Below, piece by piece: positions 47,209 to 57,266 of a stretch of DNA of 64,000 nt. Position 1 is the stretch's first letter. Each line of letters starts with the position of its first letter. A program made the position numbers and the translations under genes. This DNA comes from Polyangiaceae bacterium (GTDB lineage Bacteria; Myxococcota_A; Polyangia; Polyangiales; Polyangiaceae), in NCBI GenBank assembly GCA_050287085.1, contig JBNKBE010000016.1:64001-128000 (forward strand), in the 5' to 3' direction. The notes below the pieces were generated by a model. The model was not told the DNA's origin, did not search any database, and was given only the letters and a program-made list of their open reading frames with translations.

Positions 47209-50073
47209 ATGACATACGCCGTATTGCGCAGCGCCGAGGCACTGGTTCGCCATCTCGAAGCTGGACATCCCCTGGCTGGCTGTATTCTTCAGGGCCTGAA
47301 TCTGACGGTGATAGCACCTACGTTGTTGGCTCGGGACGTAAGAGAGGCGGTCTTTCTAGGCTGTACGTTGACGGCTGAGCAACAAGCCCAGCTCACCGGT
47401 CGTGGGGCTCTCGTGTTTCCGGACTTGCGCAAAGGGCGCCCCTACAATCCCGCACGCGCCGATCTGTACACCTACGACGAGTTGATGCACGGGTTTTCGG
47501 CGAAGCATCCGGGTAGCGTGTTGGATACGTTGGATGCGCACATCCATGCCCACTTCCAGCGGCATCGACGCTATGGGTCCCATCCCATCATTGAGACGTT
47601 GGCTCAGCGCCTACACGATCATGCGATCGATGAAGCCCTCGCTCGGCTCTTGGCACGACCTGAGGCTCAGCGGGTAGTGGGGGTAATGGGGGGCCACTCG
47701 CTGCTTCGCGGTAGTGCTCTGTACCAGCAGGTCGCACGACTCGGGTATCAACTTGCGCGCTCTGGGTATCTCGTCGCAACGGGTGGAGGCCCCGGCGCCA
47801 TGGAGGCCGCGAACCTGGGGGCTTGGATGTCATGTTATGACGAAGTTGCGCTCGATACGGCCTTGGGGATTCTTGCGCGGGCAACGGACTACCATACCCA
47901 TGACTACGTTGTTTGGGCTCTTTCCGCGCGCGCCGCGTTCCCAGAGGGAGCGCCTAGTCTCGCGATCCCTACCTGGTTCTACGGTCATGAGCCGAGCAAT
48001 CCGTTTGCGTCGTACATAGCCAAGTATTTTTCCAACAGCCTGCGAGAGGACGGCTTGCTCGCGATAGCAAAACACGGCGTCGTCTACACGCCCGGCAGCG
48101 CTGGTACCATCCAGGAGGTGTTCATGGATGCCACGCAGAACCACTACGGTACCTTTGACGTGGTAAGTCCGATGGTCTTCTTTGATGAGACCGAATGGAG
48201 TCGCTATCCCGTGTTGGAGCTATTGCAGAAGCTCGCCGGCGATCGCGCGTATGCTCGGACGATCTACCAGACGAGCCGCGTGGCGGAGGCGGTTGATTTC
48301 ATTCGGTCTCACCCTCCCGAGCACTTCGACCCGAGTGAGTTCCTCGGTATCGTGCACGCCAGCGATCACGGCCCGGTCTACGCTGACGCTCTGAATGCTG
48401 TGCGCCGGCTCGAACCGACGGAGTCTGCAGCGGTGCCCCCGTTAGGAAGCTACGTCGTGGCACGCCCCTCGCCTAGCAATGTCTCGTCGGCGGAGCTGGT
48501 GCGGGTTCTTGCTCGCAGCGACTCTGGCCTCGCGGATCTGTATGAGTTGCTGGCTGCCAACGGACATACGCCCTGCTTCTCTACGGCAGTACGGAGGGAG
48601 GTCGAGGGCTGGCTCGCTAAGCCCGATATCGACGCGCCAGACCTTCTGGACCTCGAGGCGCTCGCTTTTGTTACCGTGGATGGCGAGTCTAGCAAAGATC
48701 TAGATCAAGCCTTGTATTTGCGGAAGCGGGAGGGCGGCGGACTGACTGTCTACTACGCGCTCGCTGACGCCAGTCACTACGTGCGTCCGGGGTCGGCACT
48801 GTTTGCAGAAGCGATGCACCGAGCCGCCAGCTACTACCTCCCGAGCGTCATGGTGCCGATGTTGCCAAGAGAGTTGTCTGAGGGGCTCGTGTCGTTGAAC
48901 CCAGAGGTATCACGCCGCGCGGTCGTCTTCGAGATGCAATTGGACGACATGGCGGAGGTTGTGAGCTCGCGCGTCCTGCGAGCACGCGTCCGCAGTCGTG
49001 CCAAATTGAGCTTCTCAGGCGTACAGGCCTACTACGATGAACCGGACTCAAGCGATATTGTCGATCCGGCCATCAGGTGTAGCCTTGACTTGCTTAGGAC
49101 TTTTGGTGAGCTCCGTCTGCGACGTTCCGGAGAACGCGATATCGTGCGCTATCGGCGCGTTGAGCTGCAAGTAGAGCTGCCGAATCGCAGTTGTCGCGGG
49201 TTCTTGGTAAACGAGGCGATCCGTCACCCGGTTGAGCGATACAATGAGCAGCTTTCGCTGCTATGCAACGAACAAGGTGCCACGCTGCTGCAGCGTGCGA
49301 GCCAGGATCCGCACGTAGAACCCATTTTTCGTGTGCACCCAGAGCCAGAGGCAAAAAGCTTCGAGGCATTTCGCTCGCTAACTGAGGCAGTGGCTGACGC
49401 GCACGGTTTGGATGCTCGCTGGCGCTGGCGCCGTGAACAGACATTGGCCGACTACCTCGCAGCGCTTCCGGAGGAACCGCGCTCAGTGGCGCAGGCTCTA
49501 CACCGTCAGGCAGTGATGGTGAACGTGGGTTCGGTCTTTCAGCAGGCACCCGGGGGCCACTACGGCGTCGGGGCGGACGTCTACGCGCGCTTCAGTGCTC
49601 CGATGCGTGAGATCGTCGGTGTGTATCTGCATCGGGAACTCGTCGAAGCGGTTACGGGGCAGACCCGCGCTGACGCGGAGCTTCGAGCCGAGGTGATCGA
49701 GCGCGCCAACGCAGCAAGACAACTACAGAGGCGGCTTACCAACGGTTCAAACCTTCTGGTACTAGATCAGATATTTCGAGGGGCACAGGTTGAGGATCGT
49801 ACACTTTGCGCAACGATCGTGGGGCTGACAGAAAGCAAAGCCTATGTCACATTGTCTCCTCAGCCCGTGGACGCTAAGGTGCACCTGCGTGATCACAATC
49901 GCTCGGCCGGTGATACTTTGCGTTTGACTAGCGACCGTTGCGGGCTTGTTGATGAGGCCGGAACCCTTCGGTTTCGTTTGGGGGATGAGGTAGGTATTCG
50001 AGTCGTGGAACACGAATCCGCCAGCCACCACTGGCTGCTCGTGTTGCTGCCTGGTCCCCTTCATACGCAATAG
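47209..50073 (+). CDS. Fusion of a LOG-family (SLOG) nucleotide-binding domain and an RNB (RNase II/R) domain
   Basis: N-half: 'GVMGGH', 'TGGGPGAMEAANLG', 'KYFSNSLREDGL', 'PGSAGTIQEVF'. C-half: 'TVDGESSKDLDQA', 'SYYLP....PMLPRELSEGLVSL', 'GHYGVGADVYARFSAPMR'. One uninterrupted ORF. Confidence 0.85.
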   Translation: MTYAVLRSAEALVRHLEAGHPLAGCILQGLNLTVIAPTLLARDVREAVFLGCTLTAEQQAQLTGRGALVFPDLRKGRPYNPARADLYTYDELMHGFSAKHPGSVLDTLDAHIHAHFQRHRRYGSHPIIETLAQRLHDHAIDEALARLLARPEAQRVVGVMGGHSLLRGSALYQQVARLGYQLARSGYLVATGGGPGAMEAANLGAWMSCYDEVALDTALGILARATDYHTHDYVVWALSARAAFPEGAPSLAIPTWFYGHEPSNPFASYIAKYFSNSLREDGLLAIAKHGVVYTPGSAGTIQEVFMDATQNHYGTFDVVSPMVFFDETEWSRYPVLELLQKLAGDRAYARTIYQTSRVAEAVDFIRSHPPEHFDPSEFLGIVHASDHGPVYADALNAVRRLEPTESAAVPPLGSYVVARPSPSNVSSAELVRVLARSDSGLADLYELLAANGHTPCFSTAVRREVEGWLAKPDIDAPDLLDLEALAFVTVDGESSKDLDQALYLRKREGGGLTVYYALADASHYVRPGSALFAEAMHRAASYYLPSVMVPMLPRELSEGLVSLNPEVSRRAVVFEMQLDDMAEVVSSRVLRARVRSRAKLSFSGVQAYYDEPDSSDIVDPAIRCSLDLLRTFGELRLRRSGERDIVRYRRVELQVELPNRSCRGFLVNEAIRHPVERYNEQLSLLCNEQGATLLQRASQDPHVEPIFRVHPEPEAKSFEAFRSLTEAVADAHGLDARWRWRREQTLADYLAALPEEPRSVAQALHRQAVMVNVGSVFQQAPGGHYGVGADVYARFSAPMREIVGVYLHRELVEAVTGQTRADAELRAEVIERANAARQLQRRLTNGSNLLVLDQIFRGAQVEDRTLCATIVGLTESKAYVTLSPQPVDAKVHLRDHNRSAGDTLRLTSDRCGLVDEAGTLRFRLGDEVGIRVVEHESASHHWLLVLLPGPLHTQ

Positions 50074-50339
50074 GTTGCCTGTCGACACAACATGAGGGGT
50101 CGTGTTCAGCGCTGCGGCGCATGGCCATCGCGCTGAATGCCCTGCGACTGTAGGAGAGAGTGCGACCACCCAGTTTGCGTCTAGGGGCTAGTCCCGTAGC
50201 ACCATTCGCTGTGGGTCGCGCGGAGCGTATTTCGTTAAGTGCACGGTTTGCGAGTTTGTAGAGTGACATTGACTCCCAACTCGTAGACACTCCGCGTCGC
50301 CCGCTTCGGCGCGGCACTCATTATCACCACGGGAGGGAT

Positions 50340-51638
50340 ATGGAACCAGGAGCTCTAGAGGGCGGCTCCCGCCCCATTGGCACGTTGGATTTCCGCAAGC
50401 TCGTCCATCGAGAAATCGCGGATCTGGAAACGCTCCGAGCGCAGTTGCAGCTCGCCATTCAGCTTGAGATGTCGACGGTGCCAGCTTATCTAGTGGCACT
50501 TTACTCGATTGTGGACAAGAGCAGTGAGGCGTACCAGCTCACCCGCAGCGTCGTAGTCGAGGAAATGCTGCATGTGAATGTGGCGGCTAACTTGTTGGTC
50601 GCCATTGGAGGGGTACCGTATTTCACGGGACCCTATAGCCCGAGCTACCCGACGTATCTCCCAGGGGCCAATCCGCAGCGCACGCCCTACATCGCTTTGC
50701 TGCCCGCATCGACTGCGCTCTATTCCGATGTGTTCATGGCGATTGAACGACCGGCGCCGTTCAAAGCGCCCGCACAAGGGGCTCGCTACGATTCGATCGC
50801 GCAGTTCTACAAGGCGATCGACGAAGGATTGGAGAACGTGGTCGAACGATACGGCCCCGCTGAGGTGTTCAAATCGCAGCCTGGCTATTGTCAGCGGACG
50901 GACTTCTACATCGGCAAGGGCGGCGGGCGGCCATTTCTGGTTCGCGATCTGAAGACAGCAAAGCTTGCCATCCTGGAGATCGTGCAACAAGGGGAAGGCG
51001 CGGTATCTATTGATGAGCCGCTGCAACCCGAGCAACACTGGGGAACCTACAACGCCTATGGGCAGCGGATCGACGGCACCTACGGACCGATACTCGGCAA
51101 ACCGCGGGAGTTGGCTCACTACTTCAAGTTTCAGCGTATCGCCCAGGGACTTGCGCCGCTCGGAGCCGTTTATCCCTTGGTTTCCAATCCCGACGCGAGC
51201 TCCTACACGAATCCTCAGGCGAAGGAGCTTTCACGGCTATTCGATCAAGCTTTTAGCGTGCTGCTAAAGGCGCTCGAACGTTCTTTCCGCGACGCGGACG
51301 GGGACGCCTATTTCAAGGTCACGCTGCCATTGATGCACGAGGCTCTTCCGACCTACGCGGGCGCGCTGATGCAGACGGCCGCGTTGAAAGAGGCCTCCTC
51401 TGCGGTAGGACCGAATGCGTTACCGGCCTTTCGCTACGTGCCTGAAGCCACGCTGAGTGCGCTGCTGGCGGCGACCCGGGCCAAGTCCGGCGTGGTCTCC
51501 GAGCCGTCGGCGAAGACCGCCTTCGCCGCCGCGGCATCAGCAGTCGAGCCTGCTGCTGGAGTCCCTGGCTTCGCATCACTTGTAGAACGGCTGGTTCTTG
51601 CCGAAGGCGTGTCGCGCACACACGACCTGTCTCTATAG
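50340..51638 (+). CDS. Ferritin-like domain protein (VioB/RebD-associated ferritin-like family)
   Basis: 'LQLAIQLEMSTVPAYLVALYSI', 'VVVEEMLH..AANLL.AIGG', 'IVQQGEG', 'AHYFKF'. GGAGG ribosome-binding site upstream. Confidence 0.82.
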   Translation: MEPGALEGGSRPIGTLDFRKLVHREIADLETLRAQLQLAIQLEMSTVPAYLVALYSIVDKSSEAYQLTRSVVVEEMLHVNVAANLLVAIGGVPYFTGPYSPSYPTYLPGANPQRTPYIALLPASTALYSDVFMAIERPAPFKAPAQGARYDSIAQFYKAIDEGLENVVERYGPAEVFKSQPGYCQRTDFYIGKGGGRPFLVRDLKTAKLAILEIVQQGEGAVSIDEPLQPEQHWGTYNAYGQRIDGTYGPILGKPRELAHYFKFQRIAQGLAPLGAVYPLVSNPDASSYTNPQAKELSRLFDQAFSVLLKALERSFRDADGDAYFKVTLPLMHEALPTYAGALMQTAALKEASSAVGPNALPAFRYVPEATLSALLAATRAKSGVVSEPSAKTAFAAAASAVEPAAGVPGFASLVERLVLAEGVSRTHDLSL

Positions 51639-51663
51639 ATCTCTAGCTTGAACGGATGACATC

Positions 51664-53412
51664 ATGAGTGACAGCTACAAGGTATATCCGAGTATTGGCA
51701 TTGCCCGGGTGGGCAACAGTCAGGACGCGTTCTATGTAGGACCGGAATCAGCTGCAGCGCTGCCGACATTGCCCGACGGCAAGCCATTTGGACCTGAAGA
51801 CTTTCGGGACGGCAGCGGGGATCTGAAGCGGCAGGCGGCGCGCTTTCGCGTCTACCGGACGAGAGCAGATGGCAGCGCCGAGGAGATTACACTCCAGACT
51901 CCTGGCGTGCTGGAAATCCGCTGGACGGTCCATCTGGCCAACAAGAAGGCCGGTTGGTACGAATTTCAGACCAATAAGGGTGAACAGGGATACGCTTCGA
52001 ATCATCCGCTTCGCAACGCAAGTGTTGCTAGCGATCAGCGGCACACGTTGTTCATCGACCCGGGGCCGCGGACGGTCGTAGCTAAGCCAGGTGGAGATGA
52101 GCGGGCCGAGTTTTCCAGGGGCACGATACCCAAGGACTACCCTGGCAGCTTCCCGCCGCCAGATACCAAGCCGTTTAGCATCGATACGCTCGGTCAGCTC
52201 CGCTCGGAAAGTTCCGGCGCCTTGCTGGTGCTCGGAGGACTAGGGCGCTCGGGATCTAGTCGCGCACCCGAGATCTCGAACTACGCAAACAACGACGACT
52301 GGTGGGATGACACGTCTGACGGTCCGGTGCAGGCGACGATCGTGTTCAGTGACGGCCGTGAGGTAAGCGTGGAGCCGGCGTGGGTCCTAGTAACGCCGCC
52401 GGCGTATGCGCCTCAGATTCTGAACCTCGTCACCCTCTACGACACGATCTTCGACGTTGCCGTTCGCAGTCTGGGTGCGCGCCCCGATTGGTACGAGAAT
52501 GGACTGTGGAAGCGCGGTGCGGACGGATACAAGCCGAACTACAGAACGGAAATACGTCCCATCCTGGAGCGGGGTGAACATTACCCGTGGGTGGCTGCCA
52601 TTCCGCCCAAGGCGCATCGCTTCGACTATGAGCGCCTCGGCACTGCGGACCCCGCACTCGATGGATTTCGAAAGTACTACCTGGACGTCCTGCGCGGCCC
52701 GAACGAAGAGAACAATCTGATCTCGACCAAGGGTGCCACCATGATGCCCTACCTGGCGGGCGATGATTGCATAGGTGCGACGGATAAGACGCAGTCGAAG
52801 TATCTGAAGCTAACGGATACCCAGTACTTTCTGCTTCAGCAGTGGGCAGACGGACACTTCGTGAACGAGCCGGCCGAGCCGAGGCATCCTGGGGAGATGT
52901 TGTCGCAGGGGGTCCTGGAGAACTGCGTGGGCGGCGCGTTTTCGCCAGGCATCGAAATGACGTGGGTGAGTCGCTACCCCGAGCTCTATTGCGAGCCCTT
53001 GCGCTTGCACATGGCGAAGGTCGTTCCAGCTCCGCTGAGCAACGGTCTCGACCTGAAGCGCGGTTTGGAGCCTGGGGACGTGACCAAGTTCATGGCGGTT
53101 CCCTGGCAGGCCGACTTCAACGAGTGCTCTGCTCAGCCGATCGGAGAGCGCATTCTATGGTGGTGGCCCGCCCAGCGCCCAGCCATGGTGTACATCGAAG
53201 CGGCCCAGCCCAAGGATGGTCCGTCGCCGACGACTGGACAGCAGGTGCCATGGATTGGCACCGCCGACGACCAAAACGCTGACAACTACATCGCCTTTGC
53301 AAATGACCTGGAGATGGTAGAAAGCTGGGACCGCTTGGGGTTCGTTTACAACGTTGGTAGCGAAGCTGAGCCGCGCTTCATCGAGGTTGCCCGCACACTC
53401 AAGCGAGAATGA
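51664..53412 (+). CDS. LodA/GoxA family CTQ-dependent amino-acid oxidase
   Basis: 'YPSIGIARVGNS', 'KRQAARFR', 'HLANKKA', 'DDTSDGPV', 'GGAFSPGIE', 'PWQADFNEC' (CTQ Cys), 'WWPAQRP', 'W..LGFV' (CTQ Trp). Confidence 0.93.
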   Translation: MSDSYKVYPSIGIARVGNSQDAFYVGPESAAALPTLPDGKPFGPEDFRDGSGDLKRQAARFRVYRTRADGSAEEITLQTPGVLEIRWTVHLANKKAGWYEFQTNKGEQGYASNHPLRNASVASDQRHTLFIDPGPRTVVAKPGGDERAEFSRGTIPKDYPGSFPPPDTKPFSIDTLGQLRSESSGALLVLGGLGRSGSSRAPEISNYANNDDWWDDTSDGPVQATIVFSDGREVSVEPAWVLVTPPAYAPQILNLVTLYDTIFDVAVRSLGARPDWYENGLWKRGADGYKPNYRTEIRPILERGEHYPWVAAIPPKAHRFDYERLGTADPALDGFRKYYLDVLRGPNEENNLISTKGATMMPYLAGDDCIGATDKTQSKYLKLTDTQYFLLQQWADGHFVNEPAEPRHPGEMLSQGVLENCVGGAFSPGIEMTWVSRYPELYCEPLRLHMAKVVPAPLSNGLDLKRGLEPGDVTKFMAVPWQADFNECSAQPIGERILWWWPAQRPAMVYIEAAQPKDGPSPTTGQQVPWIGTADDQNADNYIAFANDLEMVESWDRLGFVYNVGSEAEPRFIEVARTLKRE

Positions 53413-54521
53413 CGGAGCTGACCACTCAGGTCTTGGTCGTCGGCGCGGGACCTGCGGGTTGCGCTACTGCCCTATCCTTGCTGCGCGCGGGGATTTCCGA
53501 GGTCCTATTGGTATCGGCCGACGGATTCGAGCAGGGGGGCGCCGGCGACGGCGTTCCGCCACATTTCGGTGCGCTGCTCGAAGCTTTGGGTCTGGATGAG
53601 CCGCCGGAGGCTATCGACTGTCATGGCAGTTACGTGTGGTGGGGCAGCGAAGGGCTTCGCGTGGAAGACCATTGGTCTTCCATGCGCGGGCTGTCTCGGC
53701 ATGTCGCTCGAGCGCAGTTTGATCCCTGGCTTCGCCGTCAAGTGGCGAAGCGCGGTGCGCAACTCCGCTGCGACAACAAGGTTGTAGCGGTAGAGAGTCG
53801 GAGGCGTGGTGGGTGGCTTGTCCAGATGCGAGACAAGACGGGCGAGTCCTTGCGGGTGGCCGCAAGCTTCGTCGTCGACGCTACCGGGCGACGAGCGTGG
53901 CTGGCGCGGCGACTTGGTGCGCGGCTGCACGGCCATGATCGTCTACTTGCGTCCTACTTGGAGTGTGGGTTGAGGCCGGGGCCACTGGCGCGCTACTCGC
54001 ACCTCCAAGCAGCCCCCTTCGGCTACCTATATGCCGGAGCCCTACCGAAGGCACGAGTTCTGCTCAGCATCTTCTTCGATGCCGACGGTTTGCCGTCGGA
54101 GCTCAGCCCTTCTCGCGTTGCTGCTGCCAGTGAACTGATGAAGATCGCTGTGCGATACTGCCCGCACCTCGAGGCGCAGCTTCAGCCATTGCCCGTCTCG
54201 ACGGTGCGGGTGCAATCTGCCCGTTCTCAACATCTCGACCGGTGCGGCGGCGAAAATTGGCTGGCCGTGGGAGATGCCGCCATGGCCTTCGATCCCCTGT
54301 CCGCCTCTGGTATCTACAATGCCATGGCAGATGGCTTGACGGCGGGACTGGCCATCGCGCGTGCTGGGGTTCGGGGCATCGTTGTGAACGATGCCCAAGG
54401 GGAGCGGCTGGTATCGTGCTGGAAGCGCTATCAGATGGAGTTGCGACAACACTACCGAGCAGAGCGGCGCTGGCGCGCTCATCCCTTCTGGGCCCGACGG
54501 CATGAGACGGCGGCATGCTAG
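53409..54521 (+). CDS. LodB/GoxB-like FAD-dependent oxidoreductase (CTQ maturation)
   Basis: 'VVGAGPAG', 'VVDATGR', 'AVGDAAMAFDPLSASGI', and the LodB-typical end 'YRAERRWRAHPFWARR'. ATGA overlap with the lodA-like gene. Confidence 0.88.
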   Translation: MTELTTQVLVVGAGPAGCATALSLLRAGISEVLLVSADGFEQGGAGDGVPPHFGALLEALGLDEPPEAIDCHGSYVWWGSEGLRVEDHWSSMRGLSRHVARAQFDPWLRRQVAKRGAQLRCDNKVVAVESRRRGGWLVQMRDKTGESLRVAASFVVDATGRRAWLARRLGARLHGHDRLLASYLECGLRPGPLARYSHLQAAPFGYLYAGALPKARVLLSIFFDADGLPSELSPSRVAAASELMKIAVRYCPHLEAQLQPLPVSTVRVQSARSQHLDRCGGENWLAVGDAAMAFDPLSASGIYNAMADGLTAGLAIARAGVRGIVVNDAQGERLVSCWKRYQMELRQHYRAERRWRAHPFWARRHETAAC

Positions 54522-55993
54522 ACGTCAGTGCGGCGAAGTTGCCTGAACTGCGAGACGTTCGCGCCGTCATCGGTGGAGAGTTGGCGACGGCCGCGGAAGG
54601 GGGCCGCTACCTAGTTACGAGTCCAGTAACAGGGAAAGGTTGGACGGAGGTGCCTGACTGCACCGCAGTCGACGTGGACCGTGCGGTGCGAGCCGCGTCG
54701 CGCTGGGTGAGGCAGAATTCGGTTCCCTTGGCACCGAAGGACCGCGCGGGGCTATTGTTCAAACTCGCGGCTTTGATGGAGCGCGACGGCGAACTGCTCG
54801 CGTGTCTGGAGACTTTCGACAGTGGTAAGACTATCAGTGCGACCCGCGGAATTGACGTTCCCGCAGCAATCGCATGCGTTCGCTTCTACGCGGAGCTAGT
54901 GGACAAGGTGTTCGATCGGATTGCCCCGGCCGCCAGTGGCACGCTGCCGTGTATCCGCCGCTATCCGGTCGGCGTGGTGGCGGCCATCCTGCCGTGGAAC
55001 TACCCACTCTTGATGGCAGTCTGGAAGCTTGCGCCAGCCCTTGCCGCGGGTAACGCGGTCATTCTCAAACCCTCCCCCAATACGCCGCTTACCACGCTCT
55101 GGCTCGCGCAATTGGCGCTGGAAGCAGGAGCTGGCCCAGGTCAGGTACAGGCCGTCTCGGGGCGTTCGGCGGCGCTGGGTGAAGCGCTTGGAGCTCACTC
55201 GGGTGTGCACATGATCGCCCTGACTGGCTCCACGGCTACGGCGAAGCACTTCTACGCCTATGCGGCCCGCAGCTCTCTCAAAAAGCTGAGTTTGGAGTGC
55301 GGGGGCAAGAGCCCTCACGTCGTGCTCGCCAGCTGTGACCAGCTACCAGAAGCGGCCCGCGCTGTGGCGCGAGGCGTGTTTGCCAATCAGGGCGCGGTAT
55401 GCAATGCCGGCTCCCGGTTGATCGTTGAGCGCTCGATAGCCGATTCCTTCTTGCATTTGGTGCTAGAGGAAGCCCAGCGCTTTCAACCAAGGGATCCGCG
55501 TACTCCGGGTGAGGGCAACGGTGCACTGATCGACGAGACCCATGCGATCACGATTGAACGCCAGCTGAGGCTGGCGCGAGCCCAGGGTGCGCAGGTTTTG
55601 GCAGGAGGCGAACGAACTCTCCAGACGCTGGGGGGAGCCTACCTCACCCCGGCGATCGTCACGAACGTCGACCACGAGGCGACGATCGCTCGCGAAGAGG
55701 TATTCGGACCAGTGCTAAGTGTCATCTGTGCTGACGACCCCGAGCACGCCTTGCAGTTGGCCAATGACACAGACTTTGGTCTGGCCGCTGCGGTGTGGAC
55801 AGCGGAGCTGCGCACGGCCCATACCTTTGCCGAGCGACTGAAGGCCGGAATCGTTTGGGTCAACTGCTTCGACAGAGGGGCGATGGCGATGCCCTTTGGC
55901 GGCTGGTTCGAGTCTGGGTTCGATGCCGACAAGGGCATCGAGGCTTTCGACAAGTACTGTCGTACCAAGGCCGTGTGGGTGAACTATGCCTGA
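54515..55993 (+). CDS. Aldehyde dehydrogenase (PuuC-like)
   Basis: 'PWNYP', 'LTGST', 'LECGGKSP', 'NQGAVCNAGSR', 'EEVFGP', 'PFGG'. Confidence 0.95.
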   Translation: MLDVSAAKLPELRDVRAVIGGELATAAEGGRYLVTSPVTGKGWTEVPDCTAVDVDRAVRAASRWVRQNSVPLAPKDRAGLLFKLAALMERDGELLACLETFDSGKTISATRGIDVPAAIACVRFYAELVDKVFDRIAPAASGTLPCIRRYPVGVVAAILPWNYPLLMAVWKLAPALAAGNAVILKPSPNTPLTTLWLAQLALEAGAGPGQVQAVSGRSAALGEALGAHSGVHMIALTGSTATAKHFYAYAARSSLKKLSLECGGKSPHVVLASCDQLPEAARAVARGVFANQGAVCNAGSRLIVERSIADSFLHLVLEEAQRFQPRDPRTPGEGNGALIDETHAITIERQLRLARAQGAQVLAGGERTLQTLGGAYLTPAIVTNVDHEATIAREEVFGPVLSVICADDPEHALQLANDTDFGLAAAVWTAELRTAHTFAERLKAGIVWVNCFDRGAMAMPFGGWFESGFDADKGIEAFDKYCRTKAVWVNYA

Positions 55994-57266
55994 ACGGCTG
56001 GGGCCCTTTCGCGTCACAGAACTTCTGGAGGCAGCGAAACACTTTGGAACGCCCCTCTTCGCCTATGACGTTGGGACTGTGGAGGCCAACTACCGGAGCT
56101 TGCGCGCAGCCATTCCGGAGCGGGTGGCGATTCACTATGCACTCAAGGCTAACGGTAGCGCCGCGCTGCTCCAGATTCTCAGGCGCTGCGGAGCCAACGT
56201 AGATGTCGCCTCGCCTGGTGAGCTGCACCTGGCTAGGCTGCTTGGCTTTGCTTCCGATGAGGTTGTGTACACAGCGGCGGGGCGAAGCGACTCGGAGATA
56301 GAGTTTGCGCTCGACCCTGCGGTTGGCTTGCTGGTCATTGAAGCGTTGGACGAGGCAGAGGCACTTTCCCGATTGGCTCAGGAGCGTGGACTTGTTCAGG
56401 ATATCTTGCTGCGAGTGCGTTTGCCGGTGGTCGAGGATGCGGACGGAATGCTCATCGTTCAGAAGCGGTCCAAGTTCGGTGTTCGTCCCGAGGAGTTGCT
56501 GCACGTAGTCACCAGACTTCAGCTTTTGCCTGGGATCCGGTTGCGCGGGCTGCACGCCAATCAGCACACCGCCTGTTTGGACGAGCGGGTTCACGAACGC
56601 GTGTATCATTCTCTCATGGACGAAGCGCTTGGGCTCCTGGCGCGTTCAGTGGCCATCGACACTGTCGACTTCGGGGGTGGGTTGGGGGTTTCCTACGGCC
56701 AGGAGCCAGGCCTGGATCTTCAGATGATTGGCCGCGCTCTCACACGGCAAGTCGAGCGCGCGCCTCGAGGTTGGCGCTTTCTAATCGAACCGGGTCGTTT
56801 CCTCGTCGCGAACGCCGGTGCATACGTCTTTCGAGTGCTGTCCGCGAAGCGGGAGGCCTCTCGGCAGGTACTCGTCACAGAGGGCGGAATTCACCAGCTA
56901 TTTCGCCTAGGCCTTCGCGATAAGAATAAGCTGCTGCAAGTGCTTAGTCCGGCGGGTCACGAGTTAATAGCCTCCAGTGTTTGGGGGCCTCTGCTGTCGT
57001 CGGATGACGAGCTCGTGTCCGACATGCCGCTGCCCGAACTGGAGCGCGGGGCGTTATTGGCGATTCCGAACTGCGGCGCATATGCGTTCAGCCATAGCCT
57101 GAGCAGGTTCTGCTACTACCCAACGCCGGTAGAGCTTCTGCGTTGCCATGAGAGCTGGCACTGCGTACGTGAAAGAGGCTGCTCTGACGATGTCGTGCAA
57201 GGGCAGCACTGGCATCAACAGGATCGCCCACTCGCCTTTGGCACGTCAGGAAGGAGCAAATCGTGA
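55986..57266 (+). CDS. PLP-dependent fold-type III enzyme (diaminopimelate/ornithine decarboxylase family), atypical active site
   Basis: 'YALKAN', 'DVASPGE', 'SKFG', 'DFGGG', 'IEPGRFLV', 'GAY'. The usual GPxC motif reads GPLL. Confidence 0.88.
   Translation: MPERLGPFRVTELLEAAKHFGTPLFAYDVGTVEANYRSLRAAIPERVAIHYALKANGSAALLQILRRCGANVDVASPGELHLARLLGFASDEVVYTAAGRSDSEIEFALDPAVGLLVIEALDEAEALSRLAQERGLVQDILLRVRLPVVEDADGMLIVQKRSKFGVRPEELLHVVTRLQLLPGIRLRGLHANQHTACLDERVHERVYHSLMDEALGLLARSVAIDTVDFGGGLGVSYGQEPGLDLQMIGRALTRQVERAPRGWRFLIEPGRFLVANAGAYVFRVLSAKREASRQVLVTEGGIHQLFRLGLRDKNKLLQVLSPAGHELIASSVWGPLLSSDDELVSDMPLPELERGALLAIPNCGAYAFSHSLSRFCYYPTPVELLRCHESWHCVRERGCSDDVVQGQHWHQQDRPLAFGTSGRSKS

Noticed and set aside
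50316..50325. Fur box before the CTQ-oxidase operon (actcattatc)
   Set aside because: Only a half-site matches and the other half is GC-rich; too weak to call.
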